From Cyanophora paradoxa CCMP329 (Eukaryota; Plantae; Glaucophyta): 64,000 nucleotides of DNA. This document shows, piece after piece, positions 37,977-49,534 of this stretch. A program made the translations under genes and the position numbers. How positions within the stretch are numbered: the first letter of the stretch is position 1; each line of letters opens with the position of its first letter. Location of the stretch: the NCBI GenBank assembly GCA_004431415.1, contig QPMI01000551.1:1-64000 (forward strand), written 5' to 3'. The notes under the pieces were generated by a model. That model was not told the origin of the DNA. It searched no databases and worked only from the letters and a program-made list of their open reading frames with translations.

Positions 37977-40900
37977 TCAGCGGAGGAGGGCGACGATGGG
38001 CCGCCGCGCCGTCGCGTAGGCGGGGCCCAGCGACGCCGCCAGCGCGCACCTGATCGTGAGGTTGTAATTAGTTTGGTTCTAGTTAGTTTGGCTGGGCTGA
38101 GCTTGTAATTAGTTCGGCTGTAATTGTAATCATGATCATGATCAGGAGGTTGTAGTCAGTTTGGCCGGGCTGAGCTTGGTTCCAAGGGGGGGGAGGGCCG
38201 GGGCGCACGCGACGGCGGCGGCGGCGACGGCGGCGGCGGGGCCGACGGGGACCACGATCGGCACGGGCAGCTGCTGGAAGGCCAGCTGCGGACCATGGCG
38301 AGGCTCAGAATCCGAGGCGGCGATCTAGATCTAGATCTAGATCTAAGAGAAGAGAGGGCGCGCCTGCTGGAGGGCGATGGTGTAGCCGACGGCGGGCCCG
38401 ATAACCGCAGCCGCCACGCAGGCACTGCGAGCGCGAGCGCGGCGGGGCAGAGTTTAGTCGTGTTTTAAAGGGTTTGATGCAGTAAATTCAAAGATATAAC
38501 ACGTTATGGTACCTGACGACGAGGGCGAGGGCCTCCCAGGCGTAGGCGCGGACGACGGCGAAGCGGCCCATCCCCACCGCCCTGCGCGGGGGGGGCGGGG
38601 GCGGGGGCGGGTGGCCCTCAGAGCGGCTCAAGGGCAAGGGCCGGGCGGGGGCGGGGGCGAGGACGGGGGCGAGCGCTAGCGGCCCTCAGAATGGCCCGAG
38701 GGCGGGGGCGGGGGCGGGGCGGGGGCGAGGGGAATCGCTCGAGGCCTAGGGCAAGGGCGCTAGCCGGCTCGAGGGCGGGGGCGGGGGAGGGCACCGGAGG
38801 ACGCCGATCTCCCTGCGCTGCTCGAGGACGCTCGCCGCCACGCCCGACGCCAGCTGCGCACGCCGCCCCGGGCCCGGCCCGGCCCCCTCGTGAGCGCTGC
38901 CTCGGCTGGCGCCGCTGAGCGGCGTCGCCGCGATTGGTCGGGGTCGGCTCTAGAGGTCCGGCGCCCGTCCGCGAGTTGGGGGGCGCCCTCCGACGGGGCT
39001 AAAGGTACTTCGCTTTACTAAATCTCCTTTTATGCGTCTTCGAGAGCGAATGCAGCAAAAGGTACTTCGCTTTACTAAATCTCCTTTAATGCGTCTTCGA
39101 GAGCGAATGCAGCAAAAGGTACTTCGCTTTACTAAATCTCCTTTTATGCGTCTTTGAGAGCGAATGCAGCAAAAGGTACTTCGCTTTACTAAATCTCCTT
39201 TTATGCGTCTTCGAGAGCGAATGCAGCAAAAGGTACTTCGCTTTACTAAATCTCCTTTTATGCGTCTTCGAGAGCGAATGCAGCAAAAGGTACTTCGCTT
39301 TACTAAATCTCCTTTTATGCGTCTTCGAGAGCGAATGCAGCAAAAGGTACTTCGCTTTACTAAATCTCCTTTTATGCGTCTTTGAGAGCGAATGCAGCAA
39401 AAGGTACTTCGCTTTACTAAATCTCCTTTTATGCGTCTTCGAGAGCGAATGCAGCAAAAGGTACTTCGCTTTACTAAATCTCCTTTTATGCGTCTTCGAG
39501 AGCGAATGCAGCAAAAGGTACTTCGCTTTACTAAATCTCCTTTTATGCGTCTTCGAGAGCGAATGCAGCAAAAGGTACTTCGCTTTACTAAATCTCCTTT
39601 TATGCGTCTTCGAGAGCGACTGCAGCAGCCGATCGGCAGCGGCGGTCCTGGATCTTCCCCCCCCCCCCCCCCAGGCCGATCCCGCGTCTAGAGTACCCCT
39701 CGCCCCCCAGAGCTCGAGCGGTTGATCATGATTGATCATGATCATGAAGGCCTAGGCTTAGAGACGCCCCCGGATATAACTGAGAGCTTTAAGGCTTCTA
39801 AAACGTTAACTAGATGTAGGCCGCGGCCTGGCGGTTGAGCGGTTGAGCGCATACTATGATATCATCATGAAGGCCTAGGCCTTGAAATCTAGAGCCGCGC
39901 CCGGATTTAACTTTTAATTGTGTAATTATAAACTGAGAGCGTCTACAGCTAGATCTAGATCTAGACCGCGGCGCACCCCGACGAGGCAGACGGCCATGGC
40001 GGCGACGGAGGCCCCGCTGCCGGCAGAGTCGACCGCAGGTCAGTCCTCAAGAAGTGAGGAGGAGGGTGCGGGGCGTTACTAGTACTAAGTTAGGCTCTAG
40101 ATCTAGGGGCCGCCCACTCTGTTTTGGGGGCCGTGGCCTGGCCTAGATCTGCGCCCCACCTGAAGGCAAGGTCCATGACGCCGGCCGCCTCGCTCAGGCC
40201 GGCCACTCGGTCCCAGTAGAACCAGCTCGACGCGCCCTGATCGTGAGGGGCGCCGAAGATTAAGATCAGGAGCTTGAAAGGGTGTGGAAGATAAGGGAGG
40301 AGCTTGAAGATTAAGATTAGGAGATTAAGATTTAGATTAAGACTAGGAGCTTGAAGCTTGAGCTTGAGCTTGAGCGCAGCGCAGCACAGCGCACCCGCGC
40401 GGCCCGCTCGAGGCGGGCGGCCATCGCGGAGCGCGCCGCGCTGCTCGTGCGCAGCGGCGAGGCGGCGGCCACCTGCGCGGGCGAGGGGCGAGGGGTGAGG
40501 CGAAGGCAGAGAAGAGGGGGGGAGGGCGGGCCTTGAGGAGGAGGCGGCCCATGGGGATCTGGTCGGCGCTCCGCAGGCCGGGTGGGAGCCCGCCCATGCC
40601 CGCCTCCACCGCCGCGCGCTGCGGGCCGGGGGGCGGGGGGCGCGGGGGGGGGGGGGGGGGGGGGTAGGCGAACTCGCCGAGTCGATCGGAGGGGAAAGAG
40701 CGAGCGCGGGATACGCATACGCCGCACCGCGAGGAGCCGGTGGAAAGTGGGGAGCGACACGAGCACGTCCTACGAAGAAAATTAGAAGGGAGAGCGAAGG
40801 AAACAGGTAAGGATGGGGTACGCGTACCTGGCCGGTGGCCCGGGGTACCGGGACATCTTGAAGCCCGGGGCGGCGTCGAGGAGCGCGAGGGGCCGCATGC

Positions 40901-43900
40901 GCGCGGCGGGGCCGCCGGCCGCCCCGCGGGCGGCGCCGCCGCGGACGCCCGTGTCCAGCAGGAAGCCGGCGCCCCGCAGCGACGCCCCGACCGCCTGGCG
41001 CCGGGGGCGATATCGATGTCGATGGGCGGGGCAGGGCGGTAGGGGCGGGGCGGGACGGGGGGGTAGGGGCACCGTCTCGTAGCGGGAGCCGAGGAGGGGC
41101 CCCTGGGAGCCCTCCACGCTGCGCGGGCTTCAATATCAATCTAACAGAAGATATATATTGACAGGAGACAAGATACTAAGAGGACGAAAGCTTCAAATAT
41201 ATATATAAGATGAAGGGGCGGGCCTGTAGAGGGCGTCGGAGAGGCCGCCGCCGTCCCCCGCCTCGTAGAGCGCCTGCGTGGCCTCATAAGGGGGGGGATG
41301 GGGGAGGGGGAGGGGATGGGTTTCGCCTGGGAGACGCGGAGGAAGGAGGGGTACTCGGTCGCCGCCATCAGGGAGGGAGACACGCCGAAGACCTGGGGGT
41401 ATGGGAAGAGGGTTAGGGGGAGGGGGGGGGGAGGGGAGGGGGGGGGGAAGGTCCGAAGCTAAAAGCGTACCCGGACGCCGTCGGAGAATGCGCGGCCGAT
41501 GTTGGAGACGGCGGTACCCTCCCCGCGCGCTGCGGTAGCGGGCGATGAGAGGCCTCGGGGCGTGGGGGAAGGGAAGTGGGTACAGGTACAGCGCACCGGC
41601 GGCGGAGGAGCCGGGGAGGGCCGAGGCGCCCGTGGTTGCGGAGGAGAAGCCGGCGGGGACGGCGCCGCCGCCGCCCAGGAGCGAGGAGGAGGAGGAGGAG
41701 GCCGCGGACGACGAGTCGGCGTCCGTGGCGGCGCCATTGGAAGAGGAGGAGGAGCCCGAGCCCGAGCCGAGGAGGAGGCCGACGGCGTCGCGGAGGGGGA
41801 CGGTCACCTGCGGCGCGGCGCGGCGGGCCGCGGGGCGGGACGGGCCGGAGCGCTTCAATCAGATCGGCAGCCGCGAAGGGAGAGGGAGGGAGGGAAGCAT
41901 TTGGCCAGCAGCGATGGCCGCCAGCCGCGAAGGGCGAGGACAGGAGGGCAGGATGCTGCAGGGAAGCGCCGCAGCAGCGCTAGGACGCGGCGCTCACCCA
42001 GGCGTGCGCCTCGAAGTCTGGCGCCGGGGCCGGGGCCGGGGCCGCGGCCGGGTCGCCCGGGGCGCCGGGCCGGGGGCCTGGGCCCAGGAGGGCCTCGAGG
42101 GCCTCCCGCCCCGCGGGCCCGAAGCCGCGGGGGTCCCCCGCCGGCGCCGAGAGGGCCGCCAGGCTCCCCCGCCGCTGCAGCGTCGCCGCCGCGAACGTCG
42201 CCAGCTGCGCATGCCGCCCCGGCTGTGAGCTCCTTCGCTAAGGCTTGAGATTCTTAGCTTCAGAATTCGACTCTGAGCTCGACCGGATTCGAGCTCAATG
42301 TTCTTCACTTAGTCGTGGGCCTTAAGCTTCTTTGCTCAGCTGAAGGCTTGGGCCTTAAGCTTCTTTTTCACTTTCGGTCTTTGTGCTTCTAAGCTTCTTT
42401 TGGCCGGCCGCGGCCGGCCGCGACCTGAAGCTTCGTGGCGAACCTGGACGTGGGCGGCGAAGGCGAGGAAGAGGACGAAGGAGAGGGCGAGCGCGAACAT
42501 CGCCCACGGGCCCCGGTTCCGCTGCCCGGCCGCCGCGGGGGCGCGTCAGATGCAGTCCGGTTTAGTTTCTAGTCTCCTCCGGGTTCCTGCTATCTGATCC
42601 TGTAAAGCGTTTAGATCTATCATTGATCTAGCGTAAAGCGTGTGAAGCGTCTAGTGTCCCTTTCTTCGTGAAGCTAGAGTCATCTGGTTTAGAGCTCGAG
42701 GAGCGGGGCGGGGCGGGGCGGGAGAGGTTTAGAGGTTTAGAGGCGCAGGGCGCGGGGCGGGGCGGGGCGTTTAATTTTGCGATGACGCCTCTTCCTGTCT
42801 GGCGTCTTCCCATCTGCATCTGACTCGAAGGCCCGCGCCGAGCTATAGACCTAGATCATAGATGGTCTAGATGGTCTAGAGGCGCGGGGCGGGGCGGAGG
42901 CGCGGGGCGGGGCGGGAGCGGACCTAGATCTGGTCTAGAGGGGCGGGGCGGGGCGGGGCGGACGCGGCGGTGGGCGACGAGGTTGGCGGCGGCGAGGGCG
43001 CGCACCCCCGGCGCCTCCGGCAGCGACAGCACCGCCAGCGCCGCCCGCTGCGCCCCGCGGCGTCGGAGGCCGGGCGCCGGGCCTCTTCTTTTGGGCCTAG
43101 CTAGCCGAGCGCGAGGCGGGCGGCCTAGGCGAGCAGACGGTGCTCTCGCTGCCCCGAGGCGGGCGGGCGGGGACCTCGAGGGGGAGCTCGAGGTTGGAGG
43201 CGAGGGTGACGAGGCCGCCGATGAGGCAGAGCAGCACCGTGAGGAAGATGGCCCCCACCGCCCTGCACGGCGGGGGTCGGGCGGATCAAGGGAGGAAGGA
43301 AGGAAGGGAGAGGATAGGGTTCAAGAAGACAGCGGGCGGGCGGATTCAAGAAAGAAAGGAGAGGCTAGGATTCAATTCTAGACGAAGAAAGCAAGCTTAG
43401 ACAACGCGGGCGGGCCCGAGGTCGGCGGTGAGGAGGGAGCGGGGCATGACGTAGTTCACGAGCACGCCGAAGGCCGCCAGCAGGCCCCCGATCTGGACGC
43501 GTACGGGGAGGGGGTTGGAAAGGAGGAGGGGATGGGAACTTGGAAGGGAGTTAGAAGCAAATGAGTAGCATTAACGTCATTGCAATTGCTTGAATAAGGA
43601 AATGGAGTTAGAGATGAGTATACGTAGCATTAACATGAACATTAAGCTGTCATTGCTTGAATGACGAGGACGTCGAAGACCGCCAGGATCCCGGAGGCCC
43701 CCGATCTGGGAGGCTGAAGGGGAGGCCTAACGGAGGGAAGGGATGGGGAGGGGGGAGGGGGGAGGGGGGAGGGGCCGCACGAGGATGCGGGGGAGGGTCC
43801 CGCTGAGCCCGCCCTCGTCCCTGCACGCGAAGGTCGATCAGAGGGGCCGGTGCAGGCTAGGGACAGGCCCTGAGGACGGGCTCTAGATCTAGAGCTGATC

Positions 43901-46900
43901 TACGCCCAGCCGATGCCAGGGACAGGCCTGTTCCTAGAGCTGTGAATATGCCTAGCCGACGCAAGGACTTGAAGGTGAACTGATCTATATTCAATGATTC
44001 TTGGATAGACGAGCTGTGAACTTGGGACTGGAAACGCGCACGCGCGCTCTTAAAGCTGGAAACCATCTTGTTTTGAGTTAATTATAAAGCTCTAAACAGG
44101 CTTGTTATTAAACTAATGATCTGCCCCTGTAAACTTGGATATATATGGGAACGCGCCGGCGCACCCGCGCTCGATGGAGACGGCGGCGAGGGCGGCGGGG
44201 GCCCGCCGGCACTCGAGGGCATCCGTCAGGGAGGGCCCCAGCGCCTCCCGCAGCGGCAGCAGCGACGCGGAGAGCGGCACAAGGACCGCCGCCGCCGTCG
44301 CCGCCCCCACCGACCTTTTCGAGCAAGGCATTCTTCAGTGCAAAGTAAACTGCTTCAGGCTCAGGCTCGCCTGGCGAGGAGGAGGGGGTCCAGGTCGGCC
44401 CCCACGAAGCCCGAGACCTGCCGCATGAGCGGCACGCAGGCGCCCTGCCGCGGGGCTCGGGTTTAATTTGAGCTGGAACGGAGCGGAGCTGCCTGGGCGG
44501 ACCTGCGCGGCGGCGAGGCCGACGGCCCAGGCGGGGAGGGCGTAGGCCGCCGCCTGCAACAGCACGCTCTGGGGGAAGGGGGAGAGGGGGGGTCAAGGCG
44601 CCAGAGGAGGGGGAGAGTGGTAGGGCCTAGGCCTCGGGCCCGGCCGGACGGACCTGGGCGGCCTGCCCCCGGCTCTCGCCGACCATGCGGAGGATGCCGA
44701 GGTCCCGGCCCCGCGCCGCCACCGCCGCCGAGAGCAGCGCGTGCACCAGCAGCACCGAGACCAGCACCAGCACCTGATGGGGGGTACGGGTTTGAAGGAG
44801 TAGGGGTATGGCGGGGGTAGGGTAGGGTGGGGGAGTACCGCGAAGAGGAGGTTGACGACCAGCCCGAAGTACCTGGGGGTACAGTGAGGAGGAGGCGGGA
44901 CGAGGGTACCGAGGGGGGGTACATGGCGAAGGCGCGGGTCGCGTAGAGGGCGTCGAGGACGGGGGTCCAGGCCTGCACCTGGGGGAGGAAGGGGTTAGAG
45001 GGGGTACAGGGAAGAGAGGGGGTAGAGGCACGCGCCTCGTCATACCCGACCGCGAAGAGCAGCTGCGGGGGAGGTGTACGTCAGGAATGAAGCGAGAGAT
45101 AGAGGGGGTACCGGCGCGCGTCGGAGACGAGGGGCGTGACGCGGGAGAGAGCGACGTCGTAGTCCCCCCGGGCGGAGGAGTACCTGGGGTACAGGCTCCA
45201 GGAGTACCAGGGGTACAGGGGCGGGCGGGGCGGGCAGTCACGTGGACAGGCGGTCGCGCATGTTCGCCTGGACCGGAGGAAGGGTAAGAGGCAGGAGGAG
45301 CGGCGAAGGAGGTACAGGCGAGCCAGAACGACGGTCACGATGGAGCGGGGATCGACTCCGCGCAGCGCCGTCAGGCTAGGGGTCCCGTGAGACGCGTTAA
45401 ACGGGCCCCGAAAGACTGCGCGCGGACGGGCGTGCGGACCGGGACGGGGGGTACGTGGCCTCCGGGTGGGCGTTGAGCCAGACTGTCTCCAGGAACGAAC
45501 CCAGCTCCATGACCTTCGCGGGTTCGAACCCGGCTGGGGTGATTCTAGACGGGATCGAAGGGGGCCGAACCAGCGCGGGGGAGGCGGAGTCGGCCCGGCC
45601 GGTCTTCCCTGAAGGGGAAGAAGAGGGGGGGGGGGAAGGAATCGGGATCGGGAGGGGGTACGCGCGTTTCCGCACCCGCGAGGTCGAGTACGACAGCGGC
45701 CACGCGGAGGAGCATGTGCACCGCGTTCCAGGAGCCTAGGTACGGCTTGGGAAGGGGCGGGCGGGGGGGAGAGAGGGTAGGGGGGTACCGAGCGTGAACT
45801 CGGGGAGTCCGGCGGCGACGAACGCCGAGCGGAGGAGGCGGTTCGCCTCGATGCGAACGAAGACCTGCGGATCAAATCTCAGGAAGCGGATCGAATCGCA
45901 ACTTGGCCTCGCCGCGCGCGCCAGGTCCCCGGCGGTGACGTTCAGCTCGTAGGCGGCGCGAGACTGGAGGTAGGCCTCGCCCCGGCGCAGGGGCTGCAGG
46001 CCCCAGACCCGCCCGACGCCGGCCGCCCGCTCCGCCGCCGTGTCCACAGCGAAGAGCTCCGCGAACAGCGGCGACGCTGCGGCGACGCCGTGAAACGGCG
46101 TACCCTTGGGAGGAAACGAATCGCGTACCCCGGCAGGCGCGGTAGAAGCAGTGGTTGGTGAGGGAGGAGGAGGCGGTCTCGCAGTTGGCGGGGCCGCGGT
46201 ACCTGCACCGCTTTCAAGATTTCCTTTTCGGGCGCGCCGCCGGGCCGGGCGGCGGCGGTCGAGGGCGGACCGCCACCAGCGCTCGCCGAGGCGCCCGGGG
46301 TCGAGCCCGGCGGCGACGCAGGCCCCGGCGCTGACGAGGCGCGCGTCCACTTCGAACCGCGGCGCGATGGCCACCGCCTGCGTGCGCGGCCGTCGCTGGC
46401 GTCAGCAGCGCTCGCCCCGCGCACGAGCCCCGCGTATTGCCCCCCGGCGCTGGAGCTCGCGCGCCGAGGAGAGCCCGCCGGGAGCCGCAGCGACGCGCTC
46501 GGCCATTCGGGTGCCGTTGACAAAGAACCTGCGCGGCAGTCGAGATCAGGGTGCCCGGCCCGCGCGGGCGTCTGCGGCGTCTGCGGAGGTGCAGCGTACG
46601 CTCGCGAGGATTTCGAGGCGCCGAGCCGTATGTCGACTTCGCCGCCGTTCATCTCCGCGAGCTGGGCGCGCGCGCGTACTTATACATATACGCGTGAAAG
46701 TGGCTGCGCAAAGCACGAAGCCGGCAACCTTCAGGAAGGCGAGTGGCGCCTTTTCCAGAGTCGTGTCAAGCACGGCAACCAGGAACACCGCAAAGAAGCA
46801 GGCGAGGAAGCCGAGCTGCATCGCGCCCCCGGCGCTCAGAAAGCGCGGACGTGGGAAGGATGCGAGCGCACGAGGAAGCTAATCTGCAAGCGCCGCGAGG

Positions 46901-47043
46901 CCGTCGATCGTTTGTGAGCCAGCGGCGGCGATCGAGCGCGCGGAGCCTGATCGAAGCTCGAGCACCTTGGAGCCGCGGAGCCAGCGGACTGTGTAGAGCG
47001 CGTTCTGCCGCGCCGAGCGGGCGTGCGCGGAGATCGTCTGCAT
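37977..47043 (-). CDS. FtsX/MacB-like ABC permease-family membrane protein (protist type, two FtsX-like domains)
   Basis: N-terminus ISFL|LGFLACFFAVFLVAVLDTTLEKAPLAFLK|LAEMNGGEVDIRL. FtsX domain 1: VLLVHALLSAAVAARGRDLGILRMVG...LLPLREALGPSLTDALE. FtsX domain 2: AAMAVCLVG|LASGVAASVLEQRREIGVLR|AVGMGRFAVVRAYAWEALALVV...FQQLPVPIVVP...RRPIVALLR*, with the stop at 37977-37979. Many small exons. The start is tentative. Confidence 0.85.
39001..39626. repeat. 57-bp AT-rich minisatellite, 11 copies, intronic
   Basis: Unit aaaaggtacttcgctttactaaatctccttttatgcgtcttcgagagcgaatgcagc, near-identical between copies. It lies in the intron 38854-39976 of the FtsX-like gene. Confidence 0.97.
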
Positions 47044-47246
47044 AAGTGCTGCTTGAAATGGCCAAGCTTAAGGGGACTTGGTACCAAGCATGCAGGCTCG
47101 ATTCGCACACAAGTTTACTGTACCCTTCCAAAAAACGCTCCTTGCCGACTCAGCCAATTGCGTAGCAAGGGAGGCCCTGTTGTCTTGGCGGCCTTCCAGG
47201 CTTCCAGCCCGCCTCAGCTAGCCCTGAAGAAAGGAAAAAGAAAGCG
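47044..47246. promoter_or_regulatory. Putative bidirectional promoter region
   Basis: About 200 bp of lower-GC sequence between the divergent FtsX-like (-) and doublecortin (+) start codons. Inferred from position only. Confidence 0.4.
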
Positions 47247-49212
47247 ATGCCCGCCGCTGCCGTGCAGGACTCGAGCCCGGGGCGGCCCTCGTCTCGGGAC
47301 CTGCTGGCTACCAGCGAGGACGCATCCCCAGCTAGGGGCCAGTCTGTCTTCGCTCGCCTCACGACGGCCCAGCGAAAGGCGGTGAAAGTGCGGGTTGTCC
47401 GCATCGCCGCAGCCGATGCGGTTCGTCCCCTTGGCTAGCAGGACCTTGTCGGCTTTGCTGAGCCCGGAATCGATGTCGCAGGAACCCGTCACAATCATCG
47501 TATCGCCGACTGATAGCCTGACGGACGTGCTTGACATATGTGTGTGGGCCCGCGTAGTGATCGCATTTCCGCGTGCTCACCGGGCCGTACGGCAGGCACT
47601 TCGAAACTCCAGATGCGCCACGCTGCTCGCCGGGCCTTCCGGTGAGCCTCTGTACGCGTCCTCGGCTCGCTGTGCTAACCTCGCTCGTCGCTTCAGGGAG
47701 GAGAACGGCCAGTTCGCTGGTACGGGCGGGAACGGACTGCTTACTCTTCGAGGTTTCTTCTAATGCTCGAACGCAGAGATCCACGATGCCGGGGAGCTGC
47801 GGGAGGGCGATCGCATCCTGGTCGGCCTGCGCACCGAGATGCCCTCGCTCCGCTCCTTCTCGAGCTCGCACCGTGCGCCCCGTCAAGCGCTCGTATTGGT
47901 TTCTTTCCTTTACTTCTGACCGATTTCCTTCAGCGAGCGCGGACTCGGCCGTCGTGAAGCGCCTTCTGGCGCACGAGGTCTGCCGCCGAGGTCAGCCAGC
48001 CCGGCCTGCTCGCTGCTCAGCTCTTTTTTTTTATATCGTTCTCTTTGCCAGTCTACATCCACAAGAACGGCGAGGAGGTGGAGAAGCAGGGGCAGCTGCT
48101 GGTCGTGACGGTGCGGCCGCTTCGAAGCCCGAGGCCTCGGCCCGAGGCCTCGGCCCGCCTCACGCCGAACCGGGCAGAGCACGATGACGCTGTACCAGCT
48201 TCTGGACGAGGCGACGACGCGGCTGAAGCTGCAGCACGCCGCGCGGCGCTTCTACACGCGCGAGGGCATCGCCATCGAGACGCTCGACGAGATCGCGGAC
48301 CGCATGGATTTGTACGCGGCGGTCCTCGCCGATCCGTTCCGCAAGCCGGCGCGTCCCTCGCCGGCCGCAAACAGGCGGCCTGGCTCGACCATGAGCTCCA
48401 GGCAGGGCTCCTCGAACGCGCTGGGATCGCCGAAGGGTGGGAGCTTCCGCGCGGGGGCCGACCCGGAGCGCCCCTCGTCGGCCTCCAACCTCATCGGGAC
48501 AACGCGTGCCATCGCGCCCGAGCCGTCCCCGGCGGCGGCCGCCGCGCCCGCCTCGGCGCCCGCCCCTTCGCCCGCGCCGGCCCCGGCCCCGGCCCCGGCC
48601 CTGGCCCCGGCGCCGCCAGTTGCCGCGCCGCCCCAGCCCCAGCCCCCGCACCCGCCCCGCCCCCGCACCGGCCGTCGCCATCCCGGCGCCCCAGCCGCCC
48701 GCCCCCGCCCCCTCGCCGCCCCCCGCCCCCGCGCAGGCGCCCATCCCGCCCCCGGCGCCGCACGTGGCGCCGCCGGTGCCGGCGCCCACCGCCACGTCGC
48801 CCACGGGGGACCCTCGGCTGGACCTGGCCCAGTGGGCCGACCAGCTGCACGGCCGCATCCGGGCCGCCCAGCCGCCCTACTCGCCCTCCAGCCCGGAGCG
48901 CGGCTCGCTGGTCCGCGAGCGCGTCTCCCGCCAGACGATGACCGGCCAATCCCTCACGGGCCTGCCCCCGCGGGGCTCCCCCGCCCCGCTGCCCTCCTCC
49001 CCCACCGGCGGCAAGGGCAAGCAGGCGGGGCCCGAGGCGGGCTCTGGCAGTGCCTGGTCCTGGTTCACCTCCTGCGGGGCCGGCGCTATGCTCTCCTGCT
49101 TCGACAGCTCAGTGCCCCCCGAGGTCTGCCGCACTTTCTCTTTCATCGCCCCTCGTAGAATTGATCGCCCCGGCAGCCGCTGGAGTCGCCCCGCTCGCGC
49201 CCCCGCACGTGA
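47247..49212 (+). CDS. Tandem doublecortin (DCX)-domain microtubule-associated protein
   Basis: DCX1 spliced as VKVRVVR..|EPVTIIVSPTDSLTDVLDIC|TSKLQMRHAARRAFR|EENG..|EIHDAGELREGDRILVG. DCX2: VYIHKNGE...|TLYQLLDEATTRLKLQHAARRFYTREGIAIETLDEIADRMDLYAAVLADPF. The Pro/Ala tail has an apparent frameshift in a C-rich tract at about 48640. Confidence 0.8.
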
Positions 49213-49534
49213 AGCTTGCGGGCCGTCCCTGTGGGTTCTCGCGCATGCGAACGGCGGTCCCGAGCATCGGAGGCCGCTCGGGCGCCGGCGCCAGCGTTAT
49301 TGAGGTATTGCTGTAGACAGAACTTGAATCGCAGCTCATGCATGCGTCTTATTTGTGTTGAATAAAGCGCTCTCCTTTTCGGCCGGCTCGTCTTGCATGT
49401 GCAGCGTACGCATGCTGCGTGCAAGCCGCTTGTGCCGGCCCGGCGCGGCGTGCGAGGTAGACTCCATCCCCCTCCCCCCCCTGATTGCACCGCGTACCCC
49501 AGATCGATCATCGCTGACTTCTCGAGAAGCAAGC

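Noticed and set aside
39086-39745. 219-aa repeat ORF (HSLSKTHKRRFSKAKYLLL)n and opposite-strand (MQQKVLRFTKSPFMRLRER)n
   Set aside because: These lie inside an intron whose flanking exons join in frame within the FtsX domain. Unit variants introduce stops, and the composition is unlike local coding DNA. It is also not CRISPR, since there are no spacers.
48600-48700. Programmed frameshift or pseudogenisation in the doublecortin gene
   Set aside because: The frame change falls in C-homopolymer-rich sequence where this assembly shows frequent indels, so a sequencing error or a small intron is more likely.
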